This document shows positions 13,514-27,305 of a stretch of DNA of 64,000 bases, one piece after another. The translations under genes and the position numbers were made by a program. Every line of letters starts with the position of its first letter. The stretch's first letter is position 1. Under the pieces are notes generated by a model that saw nothing but the letters and a program-made list of their open reading frames with translations, was not told where the DNA came from and did not search any database. This DNA comes from Octopus bimaculoides. Lineage: Eukaryota. The stretch is taken from the NCBI RefSeq assembly GCF_001194135.2, contig NC_069003.1:35965191-36029190 (forward strand). The letters run 5' to 3'.

Positions 13514-14039
13514 TCGTTATATAAGATGCGGATGGAAATTCATAGCCTTTGAATTTCGTCCACAAGTCATAATCGTTGTTATTATTATATTTATCCTAGG
13601 CTGGAAGGGGCTCCACCCGTATAACCATTCCATCGGGTTACACTGAGGGATGAGATGTTTTGGGGTATATCTAAGCATATATATTTTGGAATTTATCAGG
13701 AACAAACTGTAGCTACTCCTCTCATTTGTAATCTCTTTCCATGCAAGTCCTGCCATGTCTTGCCAGGGCTTTCATGTGGGCCACTTTGCATTCATACTGA
13801 ACAATTATTTGGCACGTCTTAAGGACTTGGCCGGTTACTGATTTCTTGGCAATGTCCAAGTCTCTTTTGAACCCATGTCTAAGAGGAGTTTGAAACTATG
13901 CAGAAAGGAGTGTGGCAGCAATACCTAAAGAAAAATACAAATAAAATCAACTCCAATCGCCAGACATTTAAGTTGACGGAATTTGTCAAACAATGGATTG
14001 GTTTGGAATACCTTCCTATTTCCACCATAAATATTAAGC

Positions 14040-14230
14040 AAATACAAAACGAAAAGTTCCGGATCAGATACTGCAAAGCATTAGTTTCCTGACGTTCTCA
14101 CGATTCTAACAGCCATGTCACTTCGGTTTCTAAATTAGGCACAAAGCCAGCAATTCGGGGGGAGGGGGGTTACTTCATGCCATCGATATGTTGACGTATA
14201 TTTAATTTTGCCGATCCCTGTGTGATAAAA
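14040..14230 (-). mobile_element. Two adjacent decayed SINE family A fragments
   Basis: Head remnant (cctgacgttctcacgattctaacag) followed by a second copy's tail (taggcacaaagccagcaatt...ggggaggggg). Confidence 0.55.
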
Positions 14231-15802
14231 GGTGGCATTTCAAAAGAGAATGTAAAGAGCCAAACTAATACTGTCGTTTCTTATATTCGACGCTCTCACA
14301 AATCTGCTAGTTTATTACTTTGGGTTAATGTGTAATGATAAAAATAAAGTAGGGTAACCATGTCCGATTAGAAGGAACTTGTGAATCTAATTGTTCAACT
14401 CCTCAAGAAACTACACCGAACAGTAACTTTAGAAAATAAAAAACGAACCATTCAGAAGGTAAGGATTGTGCTACGGTTTGTGGGTCTGTGAATATGCCTC
14501 CGTCGGCTGCAACGACGACCGTAAAGTATGCAAAAAATTAATGAAAAATTAAATACAGCAAGCTACAAGAGCAAGTGTGGGGCAAGTGCTTTGTTCTGGT
14601 GATAAGCTACTGAAACAACTAAAAAAGTTATTAACTTCTGTGATTGGACATCAATCATTAAACCAAGACGCCGTTAGAAAACAGCAACAAAACGGTCCTA
14701 CAAAAATTGCACTGTCATCTTCGGCTCTGAATCACTTGATTATTCGTAATTCAAGCTGCATTTTATTTATTATGTTATATGAATTTAAAGAATATTGTAC
14801 TTATTAGTAAAAAAAAAAAAATAAAAAAAAAAAAACTTATGGTTTACATGCTTTTATTTTAAAGAAAAAAATAATAATTTTTTAACACCTTTCACTCCAT
14901 AATGAACTGAGGTACCGAATTCGTTCGTATCACCTCCTCTAGTAACACCTTTCTAGCACAAAATCAAAGCAGTATNNNNNNNNNNACTGAACAGCCTACA
15001 CACAGAGTTTGCTTTAGGTTTGTACAGAGTCTACCCGATTCTCTTAATTTGGTAAACTTGAACTGGTGCAGTGTGTCACGTGCCAGACACAAAAGGGTGC
15101 ATGCAAGGAAGGTAGGCATGCAAAATTTAGACAGATCGATGATGATCTCCCTTACCGTAAATGTCTTAAAATATATGACGTTAATTCACGTATCAAACTT
15201 TTGTTCGTTGGTTTCACTCTTTCTGTATCACTGGAAAGAGAAAGCAGTCGCTATGCTGAGATAAGTGAGAGAAAAAAGGAAGTATTATAAAGAGAAATGA
15301 ATTCGTTTGATAAATAAGCGATACATGGGTAGAGCAAGAGAGACAGAGAAAGATAACCAACAGTAGCTTGTATGGCAGGTAGTCAAGTGAGCAGACAGTG
15401 AAATAGAGGGGAAAACAGAGAAAAGAATGGGAAACAAAAGCATAGTGCGAGTAAATGAGGAAAAAAGGAAGAGGGCCAGACACCAACAAGAGAGAAAGAG
15501 AGAGAGTTAAAGAAATGGAAAGAATGATAGAAAGAGAGAGGGATGTGGGATGGGAGACGTTGAGAAATGAAGGGGAGAAATGGAAGCAGATTTGAGGAAA
15601 TATATAAAGGGAAAGAGCAGATGGAAAATGACTGGAGGTGGAAAGAAAGAAGACAAATTAAAAGACATGAAAAAAACTTGAAATGAAAAAAACGACATTA
15701 AAAACAAAGAATCATTAAGAGACAAAAATATATCAAGTCATTTCGATGAAAATCGAGCAGAATTAGTGGGACAAAGCTCTAGCTTTTGAATTACAGGCAT
15801 AA

Positions 15803-15975
15803 TCCACACAACGGGTTTCTATACAGTTTCCGTCTACATATTTCACTCAAAAAGTAGGGGTGAACCCAAGGCTATAGAAAAGGATATTTGCCGCCCAAGA
15901 TTCCACGCAAAAAGATCGAACTCGGGACGTTATTGTTGTGAAGTAAACTTCTTAACTATTCGGGCATCTTGCGCC
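15803..15975 (+). mobile_element. SINE family C, 3' half
   Basis: acaacgggtttctatacagtttccgtctac...ccaaggctatag matches the 3' halves at 32533-32696 and 57660-57811. Confidence 0.65.
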
Positions 15976-16018
15976 GATTACTTAAAGAGTAATCGAGTAT
16001 AAACGTATGAAAACAGAG

Positions 16019-16049
<31 letters not shown>

Positions 16050-16138
16050 GCGCGCGCAGTGTAGTAAAATGATATACACACTCAATTCATACACACACAC
16101 AATTTCATTTACATATTCACAAGCAACATGGAACTGTC

Positions 16139-16190
<52 letters not shown>

Positions 16191-16201
16191 TACACACAAA
16201 A

Positions 16202-16599
16202 AAAACCGGTCTCTTTGTCAATGACCGATTGGAATTCCGCGTAGAACTACTTAAAATCTCAAATATAAGAAAACATATGTACGTAGATACATACAAACAA
16301 AATAACCAGACACTCAAATTCGGATATAGACTAACGCATAAACTCATATTCACAGATTCAAGCATCCTTGGAACTGCTTTGACTCAACCAGAGGTCTAAT
16401 TTTACCATTTTGATAGTGTCCGGCTCGAATTCTGCGAAGAAGGATTTAAATATATCATGAGCAAAACTTATATGTATAAAACACACCCAAAATTTAAACA
16501 AAAATTACCAGATTCGAGTGCTCCTCTGTATAAAACAAGGATGAGTCACGATGGGAGATGCAGAGAGAATGAAAGTTGTAATAAAGCAGTAGATGAGTA
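16202..16599 (+). repeat. Diverged tandem duplication, period 195 bp
   Basis: ccgattggaattccgcgtagaa...atatgta...accaga versus ccggctcgaattctgcgaagaa...atatgta...accaga, with gaattc at 16232 and 16427. Confidence 0.55.
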
Positions 16600-16901
16600 A
16601 GGGTGTTAGTGTTAGTTATAGAAATGTTATCAGTTCCTTACATCAAACTCTGTTTTTCTTCCTTCTTCAATCTTTCTTCACTTTCTCTCTCATACACATA
16701 CACGCACACACACACACACACACAAGGCTGAGGGTACATACTCCTCGGGTGTGGTCCTGCATGCCAAATTCACATACACTAGAGTGTCACGTATGTAATA
16801 TAGTGAGTGAAAAGTTTTAGATTATCTTTGCAATTAGATCACAAAACTCCCTGTAGTGAAATTTAACATCTAAAAACAATTCTAATAATATCGGCCGATC
16901 G

Positions 16902-16934
<33 letters not shown>

Positions 16935-17094
16935 GAAGACGAAACAGTTTTGAGTGAATGATATGTTTAAAATCAACTGGTGAAAACAAAAGATGTGTTT
17001 CAATCTTGTTAGATCTCATTGGCGAGATGGTTCGACTTAGAAGTGACCAAATATAAATGTATGTATGTATGTATGTATGTATGTATGTATGGTT

Positions 17095-17618
17095 GACAAG
17101 GACGTCATTCTCCTAGATTTTCTGTGCTTTGAATAGTGTGCAGTACATTAAGACACTCAAAAAAGCTGAGACAAAGCCATTAGGAAAAAAGGACCGAGCA
17201 AGGATCTGAAAGCGATCCACGTTCACCAAGACAATGCACGACTAGACACATCTTTAGCAATAAATCAATCAATCGGCAAATTGGATTGGTCAGTGTCTCA
17301 CCACCACTGTAAAACCTGGATCTAGCCCCCATCCCCACCCCTCGACTGTTCAGTTCAATGACGGACAGTGTTCGAGAACAACGATTTGATGGCATGGACG
17401 AGGTGAAGGCGAAAGTGGAGAAGTGAATGCAACAGTGCACATCTGAATTCTTTGCCAAACAGGATCCGAAAGTTAGGTTCAACGATGCAGCAAATGTATC
17501 GTTTGATATGGAGACTAGGTTAAATGGTCGCTCTGCAGAGAGGAAAAGTCATTTGACCGGCTTGTGCAATTTGAATGACTTATCCTCACTTTTATATTAA
17601 TTTCGGTATAACCCACGT
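17095..17618 (+). mobile_element. Mariner transposase remnant (catalytic C-terminal half)
   Basis: Frameshifted translation DVILLDFL..YIKTLKKL..AIRKKGP..HQDNAR..DLAP..LFSSM..RFDGMDEV..EFFAK matches the DNARPH and YSPDLAP regions of D,D34D transposases. Confidence 0.8.
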
Positions 17619-17680
17619 GGTGTGTGGGTAGATAAATAGAGAGAGAGAGATAAAGAGAGAGATACAGAGAGAGAGGGGGG

Positions 17681-17718
<38 letters not shown>

Positions 17719-18350
17719 TAGACAGACAGACAGATAGATTGCACGAATCATTTGTGTTAATTCTCGAATCAAATCACCTGCGAAGTACCAAACATGTAGT
17801 GAGGTCGCTTGAATATTCCTATAAAACATCCTTGATGAGAATGGAATGAAAGAAAATGAAAGACGGAAACACAAAGAGTAAGACAGAGCAAAACGAGAAG
17901 GTGAGCGAGAAAGAGGAAATGAAGAAAAACCAAAATAAAACCTTGAAGAGTATGGAGGCTGGGTTGATCAGTTACCAGTTGTTGTGGAATATAGCAGTGG
18001 CTACATTTGTAAGACTAGTGGTTGGTGAGGAACAGTAGATATTTTCCGTCAAAATGTAAGACAACAACGCTTACATCATTTTCTAACAATGATGAGTAGA
18101 AATCCAACTTGTTAATGAGTTTGTTTGCCAGATGAATATATCACAGACACATATGTGCACGCACGCACACACACACACACACGCACACACACACGCACAC
18201 ATACACATTCTCTTTCTTTCTCTCTCTCTCATTGGTTGTACACATACAAACTGCACATAAGTGCATTCATTTCATGTTGCTATTAACGTGTGTGCGTGAA
18301 TATATATGTATCAGAAAACCTTAGTACATCTGATTCACGCTGTGTTGAAC

Positions 18351-18390
<40 letters not shown>

Positions 18391-19769
18391 GTGTACTTGA
18401 GTGTGTGACTATGTGCAAAGGGAACATGCACACAAACACACGCCTACATATAGAGAGCCATAATCATACAACACAGATGGAAAGGGGTTGTTAGATAGAT
18501 ACATAAACCTAGATAGAACGGTCATGTAGTGCATAAGAACGGAATCTAGAATAGCCAGGAATTGCAGCATAATGAGACACACCGGATGCCCGATTCTGTA
18601 CCAGTTTCTTGGATAAATTCAATGATATCTAGCGTATAATACTGGGGACTCACTTCCTCTTAGCTGAGAACCCAGATGTCAAACATACTTGAATGTTAAA
18701 CCAGGCTCATAGAGTAAACGCATAAACATTGGGGTTTGTTGGATGTCGACTTGAAGTGGAACAATGGTTGTCATAACAAATCACATTCATGTTTTTTTAG
18801 GTAATTCACTTGCAAAGCTGAAATTCTATACAAATGTTACCATACACGGAGAAACATGGATGTCACGCGGCATTAACATATATAATACATTAATCTCATG
18901 TCGGTTAAGCTGTTGTTGTAGTTGTTGTTGTTGTTGAATAGACCAGATCAGCCTTGGTTGAGCAGATCTATGACCAAAATTCGGCCGTCTTTTTTAAAGT
19001 AAAATGTATCTAGGATTCCATCACAGAGTCCAGTCTTTGTTGTGATGTGGAGGCTTGTATTCTTCGATCGCCTTGAGAGCTATGCCAGCGGAACGTAAGC
19101 TCTTGGTAGAGCTTCTCATGATGGACTGCTTGAAAGGATTGGAGCCAGACTAATAAGGACACTCTCTTCCCAGAAGTAAAAACAGCCTTACTTAGCAAAA
19201 AAGGAAACTTACAGAAGCTTTGATGACAATTCAAATCCCACAAAACCTGGCAGACGACAATCCAGAATGAAGAACAGTTATGCAAAAGTCGTTAATGGCC
19301 TAAGCTCCATGAAGAGCAAAGGACTTAAGTAAACACCAAGGATTACATTATTCAAAGTATTTTTTAAAGACAGTAAGGTGTTATTTGTGAGAACTTTCGC
19401 AGCTATATCTCCAAGTCATGTGACTGCGTGTAATCTTTTTATTGGTTAGCCATCAATGTGGTTGATAACGGAAGTCAGATGACAGTTTTATTTTGTTCTT
19501 ATCACAAGCGGAAACGCTGTGTAAGTAGAGCAGAATGAAATAATGTGTCTATAGAAATACTATTTCGTGACATTTGTTGATCTAAATCCTGGTTTCGAAG
19601 TGGCGGAAAATACTACAAAACTGTGAAGTTGAACATTGGCAGGGAAAGGAAACATTGGAGTAGAAGGAAACATGTTTCTGTAAATGCAACTACTGGAGAA
19701 AATTCCGTTTATATATTTTCTTCCTATCAGTTATATTCATCTTTTTTATCATTGGTCAAGGACTCATAA

Positions 19770-19835
19770 GTCCTGGGGTCGATTACTTCGACTAAAAGGC
19801 GGTGCTCCAGCATAGCCGCAGTCAAATGACTGAAA
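19770..19835 (-). mobile_element. SINE family C, 5' fragment
   Basis: ggcggtgctccagcatagccgcagtcaaatgactgaaa is the reverse complement of the head at 32159-32197. Confidence 0.8.
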
Positions 19836-21454
19836 AGAATTTAAAAATGAGAATGTGTGGTGTTTACGATGACTATGACGGCGAAACAGAAAGCGTCCAT
19901 TATAGTTTCTTAACGCTCGCCGCTTACAGTTGTGTTTAAAGCTATTCTACGAAAACTGATATTGCTCTCCAAAGATGCTGCGTCACCCCGCCATCGACAT
20001 CCTACCGTTACATACCCCTTCACATCGTCACATACACACATGTGAGCGTGTTTATGTCATATCCTGGTTCATTAAACAGATGCTACCAGTCCTTAACATT
20101 TGGTTCTCATGCAGAGCGCGTCCTTGCTTCTCACTGTTTATACACAAAACTAAATAAATAAATATATATATTATATACATACATACATACATACATACAT
20201 ACATACATACATACATACATGCACACAAACATACACATATATATTATGTCAACCCATCTTTATCTAAAATTGCTGGTATAGAGACTATAATTTGAGGTTT
20301 AATTAGGCCGAAACATAACTGAAGTTATCACTCGCCTATGGAAATATGCACTGTATGGTTCACATTTTACTTTTAATCAAGTTCAATTGATACTTTTTGG
20401 ATTGTCTCCCATATCATTCTTCACCAGGTTAATCATTAAACCAATGATCGTTCTCTTCTTTACTGTCGTAAATCTAATCAACTGGAATTTTCCGCCATTT
20501 ACATTTATAACGTATTTATATAGACATCTCTCTTACAGCACGAATGCAGCGTCAGTTATGAATAAATGAATAGATAAATAAATAAATAGGTTCATAACTA
20601 CATGTGTTTAGTCTCGCTGTGACATGAAGCGTTGTGGGGACGTTTTCAGCAGCTTGGGATGAGGATGGGACGATTTCACTGTTATTTAACAATTCATCAT
20701 TATTTGCTCACCGATCGCAATTACACTCATAGTAAAGAGAAAGAGCATTAGTGTTAATGATAATTTACGGCAACAAAGGTATGGAAAAGAAATATGAAAT
20801 GAAATTTCGTTATAAAAAGAATGGAAGAGTGCCGGGTAAAGGAGTTTGATATTTTTTAAGAACAGGAGACAATTCCGAACCTGTTTCTGTCTTACTAGAC
20901 CTCGTCGGCGAGTTACAGAAAGTAGTTTAAGATATGAACAAATATGTACCTCGGCATAACTCATTTACATAATCTAGCAAGTTCGACGGTCGGACAATTA
21001 CTAAAAATACATACGTAAGGATAAGCCCACACAAACACACACAAACTGATGCACTTATATTCTTATTGTCACATATATTTACGTGTAAGTGGGTGATTAT
21101 AAGATTATAAAGTATGGATGGACGGACGGATTAATGGATGTATGTATGAATGAAAATGTCCCTACAGTTGATGTTTATCTCCATACTTAGGACGGGTTTC
21201 CTTTCATGCGACCCATCCTGTATTACTGCCTTCACAGTTAAACACTTTACAAAGTTGATGTTTATTTGTTTTATGTGAAGCGGGAGTGCTTGGCAGTTAT
21301 TAATTACTAAATTAATTTAACCCTGGGCCATGATGATGTTTGGTTGTGGTTAATATTCAGATTAGCGTGGGTTTGCGGCGTCAAAAGACGAAAGTAAGAA
21401 AGAAAGAAATTTCAGGCCGAGCTGTTCCAGCAGAACAAATATTTCGCTTAGCCC

Positions 21455-21504
<50 letters not shown>

Positions 21505-21600
21505 AAGAGAGAGAGAGGGAGAGAGAGAGAGTAAAAGCAGTTTTATCTCTCGTCATTTCACAGTATACAAACCAAATAAACATATACCTCATTCGCATTG

Positions 21601-21643
<43 letters not shown>

Positions 21644-21701
21644 ATATACCCNNNNNNNNNNNNNNNNNNNNNNNNNNNNNNNNNNNNNNNNNNNNNNNNN
21701 N

Positions 21702-21742
<41 letters not shown>

Positions 21743-22352
21743 AAGAAAGAGGGCGGGGAATGGAACAATCACAAAAGCGAGTAGTAATTTTCACCATCAC
21801 TATTATTATTGTTATTGTTTGCGATGATTTTTCTCTTTTTAGTATAATGATGATGATGATGATGATATTGTTATTCATGATAGACACGATGTTTATGATA
21901 ATAAGCATGACAATGATGATGATGATAGAGTTCATGTCATTACTATTCTTGTTGTTGTTGTTGTCGTTATTGGTCAAAGCTATCCATAGAACGGAAGTCG
22001 ACAATCGTCTGTTTAATGAGACAATGACCCAGTAATTCAACCCGTCAACCATGAACTACTTTCTGGCCAGTTGTCAGCTGTCTCCGGTTTTTTTTGGATC
22101 GCTAAAATATAACCTTCAAATATAACGTGATGTAACGGTCACCATTCCAAGAGAAGCTACACTTCCTGTCGATATTAGCATCTTCCTGAAGTTTGCGGCA
22201 AATACACCCTTGCTTAACCCTTTATTAATGTTTTATCTCGAGACCTTTCTTGATGTGGACCAGTCCAGGAGTTTTATGGAACGTCATAGGGAAGTGAGTA
22301 GTTCTTGAGAAGGTTGATTTCGACCTCAAAGATTTTTTTCCCTTCCTGTAAA

Positions 22353-23625
22353 TTCGTCAAAGACATAAGAATAGGCCTGGCATTTGACAAGTGTGTCACA
22401 GCAATTAATTATAAGAAGAGAACTAAGAATATTTGACACTGAAATCAGAGAATTAAATTAGAATAATCAACACAAATATTTAGGGGTTGACAAAACTAAT
22501 AAGATATTTTTTACAAAAACGAAACGAGACAGGATAATACAACAAAAGTGTCAGATTAATATTAAAAAACTGAATTCAATACTAGTAATTATATAATTCA
22601 CATATATACATTAGCCATCCCTCTTAAAAACTACAGTTCAAACATGAACTCGAAGTTATATTAATTAAAAGGTGTTGACAAAAAAAAACTACTAAGACTG
22701 CTCTGAATCTTCCCAAAGTTCATGTAAATGGAATATATCAATCCTGCACATAAAGATGATGGGGTCTGGTACAAATAGAACACTATTACAAAGTAATACC
22801 AGTGGGACTTGGAAAAATAAGACTTAGAATAAAGCGAAAGGAAGCTAATAAATGTAAAAGAGAATCGTCAAAGAACGATTTAAAATGTTCCTCTATTAAT
22901 AAAATAGAAATATAAAACTAAGTACACCAAAATTAAATATTAGATAATGAGGAATACGACTGTAAAGGTTAAGTAAAACAAAAACAACAAAAGATAAAAT
23001 CAAAATGGATTTTCAAGATATATTTAAGAAAACAAAAATAGAGAGAAAAACCATTCCTAGGCCAATATCGTGCAAGAGGTAAACCAGAGTAAAAGGAAAA
23101 AAATGAATGAAATGTCTGGGTTAAAAACAGAAAGAGAAGGTCTACTTCTAGCAGCACAATTGCAATGTCTAACTACAAACAATAAAAGAAGATGCTTACA
23201 TTAAGTGCTGACTCTGCAAGCAGTACATCATGTTCGGTTGCCTAGTCCTTGTCATGCGCCACTTAAATGCACAGGCACGATCGAGTCAGCAACTGTACTC
23301 ACTGAGCAACATATCAACACTTTGGTGCGAACACAAAAAAGAAGTGATATGTAAAATATTCTGTACATGACAACAACGTGGCAGCAATCATCAGGTATAC
23401 CAGTCTAGACTGGGAGGGGAATAAAGGTCAACTGCCCAAATATAATTATAAAACGATATAAAAGGAGCTGAAAAGAAAATATCTGTCCCATAAAAGACAA
23501 TTCGATCCCTTTTGGTTAAAACATTCCCCGAAATTAAGCAGAGATATTGTCAAATAACAAGGATCTTGAAAACGATATTAGAAGCATGTAGGGCATGAAA
23601 ATGAAAACAACACCAAAAATAATTA
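22353..23625 (+). mobile_element. Decayed R4/Dong-clade non-LTR retrotransposon, 3' portion (RT end, CCHC, restriction-like endonuclease)
   Basis: Broken frames give FDKC, KYLGVD, SGLKTEREGLLLAAQ, LCKQY..GC, RHDRV, NCPNIII and KDLENDIRSM, in the order typical of RLE-type LINEs. There are many stops and frameshifts. Confidence 0.75.
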
Positions 23626-24165
23626 CAACAATAAATATAATAGAAGATATATATTTTGTAAGCATTTGAGAGAGGGAGAATACCGAGTGACTTTTATGTA
23701 GGTCAAAAGTAAGCAGGACAACGACGAAATTACGCCAACTCTATAAATTATTGTACTATATAAGAAATGTGTTAATTATTCCATTTTTAATCAGAACACC
23801 TGGAATTATGACTCATTCCTTCTGTAAAGACGTTAGCTCGTTACCTTTTGGTATAAGCACGGACATGTACAAGAAAGTTGTCATACTATGTCCAGTTGAT
23901 ATTGGTAGACCATTCCTTAAAAGCAGTTGTTAAACATGAACAGTTAAGTGAATACCTGTCTAGATTTATATCGTTTGAGTCATTAAGAAAAGAAAATTTT
24001 GGCTGAAGTAGCTGATTATGGTTCCTAACCCAAGCAGAAAGTCAATATATTGGCNNNNNNNNNNNNNNNNGGGGGGGGGGGGGTATCATGAAAAAAACTA
24101 CAACCAAATATTTTATTTTATTTTTCAACCCTTTAAAAACTGAAAGTCGATCTGGGTGAGATTGG

Positions 24166-24623
24166 GCGGCGGCGATGGCTTTCTCTCGTATCCGAGAACT
24201 TAGTTTCTTTTTTGCTTCCCTTATTCCTTTATGGTGATGCCGTTGATGACTCTGTAGACCAATTCCTGCATAGAAGAGTCGATGACATTAACTGCATGGT
24301 AATGTCGGTGGAGGACGAGGCTTATTTTGTCAAGCCGTTTTCTCTTGTCATTTGATTTCTTCCTTTTCTCTTCTGGTGGCTTCGAAGTTTTTGGTTCCGA
24401 TGGTGATGGAATACCACTTGTATCTCAAATGATTTAAGCTCAGAACTTCAATAAGCTAATGGCAATTTAATCAAACGCGTCTTAAATAACAAAGGTCTCA
24501 ACAACGAAAGTTATAGTCTATAACTTCCTATATTGCGATATGGCTGCGAAACCTGGAGTCTATATCGTCGCGGCATTCAGAAATTAAAAAGCTTTCACCA
24601 ACAAAAGCTTCGTTCAGTCTTGA
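24166..24623 (-). mobile_element. RTE-clade LINE insertion with 5' inversion and 12-bp TSD
   Basis: Minus strand 24166-~24420 gives the C-terminal PTLPCS*CHRLFYAGIGLQSHQRH and a (GCC)n tail. Plus strand ~24422-24623 gives LPILRYGCETWSLYRRGIQKLKSFHQQKLRSVL. GGGTGAGATTGG is present at both 24154-24165 and 24624-24635. Confidence 0.85.
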
Positions 24624-24686
24624 GGGTGAGATTGGTATAGAGAATGTAAAGAGATCAGAGGTGATCTAGAATTAAACAACACCAGT

Positions 24687-24717
<31 letters not shown>

Positions 24718-26029
24718 TGAGAGTAACAATTACAATAGCAGCATTAACAACAAGCGAAGTACCATTAACTTTTCTGTTTGTATTTCAAAAAGAAAAGAAC
24801 CTATAATCCTAGATACATAAAGGCTTAAAAAGGCGGAATGGTCGCAACTGGAACGCCTTTTATTATAGCTGGTCGGTAAGAGCTGAGCTCGATTTAAACA
24901 ACAACAGCAGGAACCTAGATAATATTGACAACAGCAACAACAAATTGCTTTCGTTGAGTGAAGTCTCCAACTCTACTCAGTGTCAAATGAAAGGTACTCG
25001 GCAAATTCTCTCTCCTCTACAAGCCACGTTCAAACCACCCGGAATCGGTTTTACTTTTCAACGTTCTCAGGGTTAAACAACAACAACAACGACGGCAGCA
25101 ACTATTTTCTGTCTTCTATGCCGAACTCAGAATTACTCGTGGTGCACGAGTCACTGAGGAAGCTCCTACACGGTAACTCGACCTGCTAGAAATAGCAACA
25201 TCTTTAAGTATTAATAGAGAATTTATACATGGTTGAATGCGAAAAGAGCTTTGTTGTTGTTGTTGTTGTTGCTGCTGCTGCTACCGCTGCCTCCCCAGTA
25301 TTGCAATACATGTTGAAATAAGAGAATGGTTTTCGACTTGAATTGAGATTTGAAATTTCTGGAGAGAAGTTGGCCTTGGGGAATGTGCCTGGGGTAAATT
25401 TGGTAGAGCAATTGGCATCCCATCTGGGATTTGGTTTCACATCGAAAACTTTGTTTCTTTGGAACCACAAGAACTTAAAACACCACGATGTCACTTGAAT
25501 GTTTAATGTGTGATGTGACTTTGTAAAGTGATATTCTGAGAGACATGGTAAGCAAATACTGTGACCTGGTTTCGATTCCCCATTGAAACAGATTCACTTG
25601 TTACTTTAAGAGGACATTTTTCCAAAATGAAACCATGGCAGTATAAATGCCACCTTCTGAGATTCATAAAATATACTGGCTTGTTTTTATTTTTATTTCA
25701 TTTCTGGTAGAATTGGCAGGAAGTCAGCTTGTCAGTGAGTACCAGTTAATTTCGCTCACTGTGATAGATATAAATATAAATATATTACAAGCGTCGATCT
25801 TGCTGCTGCTGCTGCTGCTGTTATGGTGAATGTACTGGTGATGACAATGATGGCAGTGATGATGTTGGTTTTAATTTACTCTACTCATCGAAGTTGCTGC
25901 TGCTGTTGTTTTCGTTGTCACTGCCGTTGCAGTTGTAAACTGTTTCACGAAGCAATCACAAATGAATTATTGAGGAGTAATAATGTTTAGTGACGTAACA
26001 GTTTTAAGATCGGTAATAGATTGGATTCA

Positions 26030-26213
26030 GATTTTGGCACAAGGCCAGCAATTTCTGGGAGAGGGTAAATCGATTGCATCGACCCCAGTGCTCAACCGGT
26101 TCTTATTTCATCGACTCCGAGAGGATGAAAGGCAGTGTCAACCCCGACAGCATTTGAACTCAGAGCGTTGGCATTTTGTCCGACGCGGTAACGATTCTGC
26201 CAGCTCGCCACCT
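26030..26213 (-). mobile_element. SINE family A, near full length
   Basis: Reverse complement of the head (acgattctgccagctcgcc) and tail (ggcacaaggccagcaattt) of the family. Confidence 0.9.
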
Positions 26214-27224
26214 TAGATTTGTGATATATTGCAGTTATTATAGCCATGGTTTGTTTTATGATCAAATGGGCCCCAGACGTGACCATGCCAGCATATTTCA
26301 TTCATTTTGAAGAAATATACAGATTTACTTAGTAAAGTCTAGCCACAAAATTGCCCAGTAAATAACATTGCCAACGCCACAAGAGATTCTGCTTTGGAGG
26401 AAATTGCTAAAACATGAAGCATGGCCAAAAACAATAACATCTTACACGAGGCGTGAAGTAGCATCTTCGGAACAATATGTGAAATGAGTTGGGGATACAA
26501 ACAACTAAAACAAAGTCACAGCAAGATTTGAGAACTTCACTTTTTACATCAATAGAAGAATGATTCAGGCACAACTCAATATAATTAGAAAAACTCTTCA
26601 TTTAACATTACCACCAATTCATTAAAGAGCTAATGAACACCGAGCACAAACTGGAGATTGCAAATATTGGACGCTGAGTGTCTTACTCTTATTGTGTGAT
26701 CATCTACCTTACCATAGATGACACTTTGTTATTTTCTTAATCTAATCAAGATACAGTGTAACTAGAGGAGATTTGAAAGCTCTTTACTTTAATGCAACAA
26801 AAAAAAAATGCAGTATCAAAGATGATTAACTTCCAAGAATCTGCAGCTAAAGAAGTATCAGAAAAAGACTTGATTACCTGCAGCTGGTATAAAAAGACTA
26901 AATTTTTACTGGCGATATTCTATCAAGCTCTACCAGCAACCATCAGACGGGTGATCTGCATGCTAACTTGGATGGCATTTAGCAGAAACGATTCTGCTAT
27001 GTAAGTATAAAATCACTTGCATAGCGATAAACTAATAAAACTAGCTACTAATTAATTGCATGACAGGACAAGCGTATAATGTAACAAGATTACGACTCGC
27101 GTCGAAACGGATGAAAAGCGAAACGTTTAGAAATGTTGTTAGAAAAACCTAATCATGTAAAAATGTAAATAATGTACATAATTCCTCATCTCTTGAATAG
27201 AGAACTGTATGATAAAGATCACTT

Positions 27225-27305
27225 CGTAAACACTTGGTTCCATGTTCGATCCCAATGCACTTGAATCAACTGGATCACTCGTCGTCGCAACTGACGGAGT
27301 GCCAG
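27225..27305 (+). mobile_element. SINE family B, internally deleted
   Basis: B-box-like gttcgatccc joined directly to the tail atcaactggatcactcgtcgtcgcaactgacggagtgcca. Confidence 0.55.

Noticed and set aside
13860-13960. Possible R4-type LINE extreme C-terminus
   Set aside because: Only a few residues match, with no diagnostic motif.
27088-27112. cgac-tcgc-gtcg-aaacgg stem plus GAAA, and a similar GAAACGTC at ~58229
   Set aside because: There is no recognisable CUGANGA strand or stem I, so they are too degenerate to call hammerheads.
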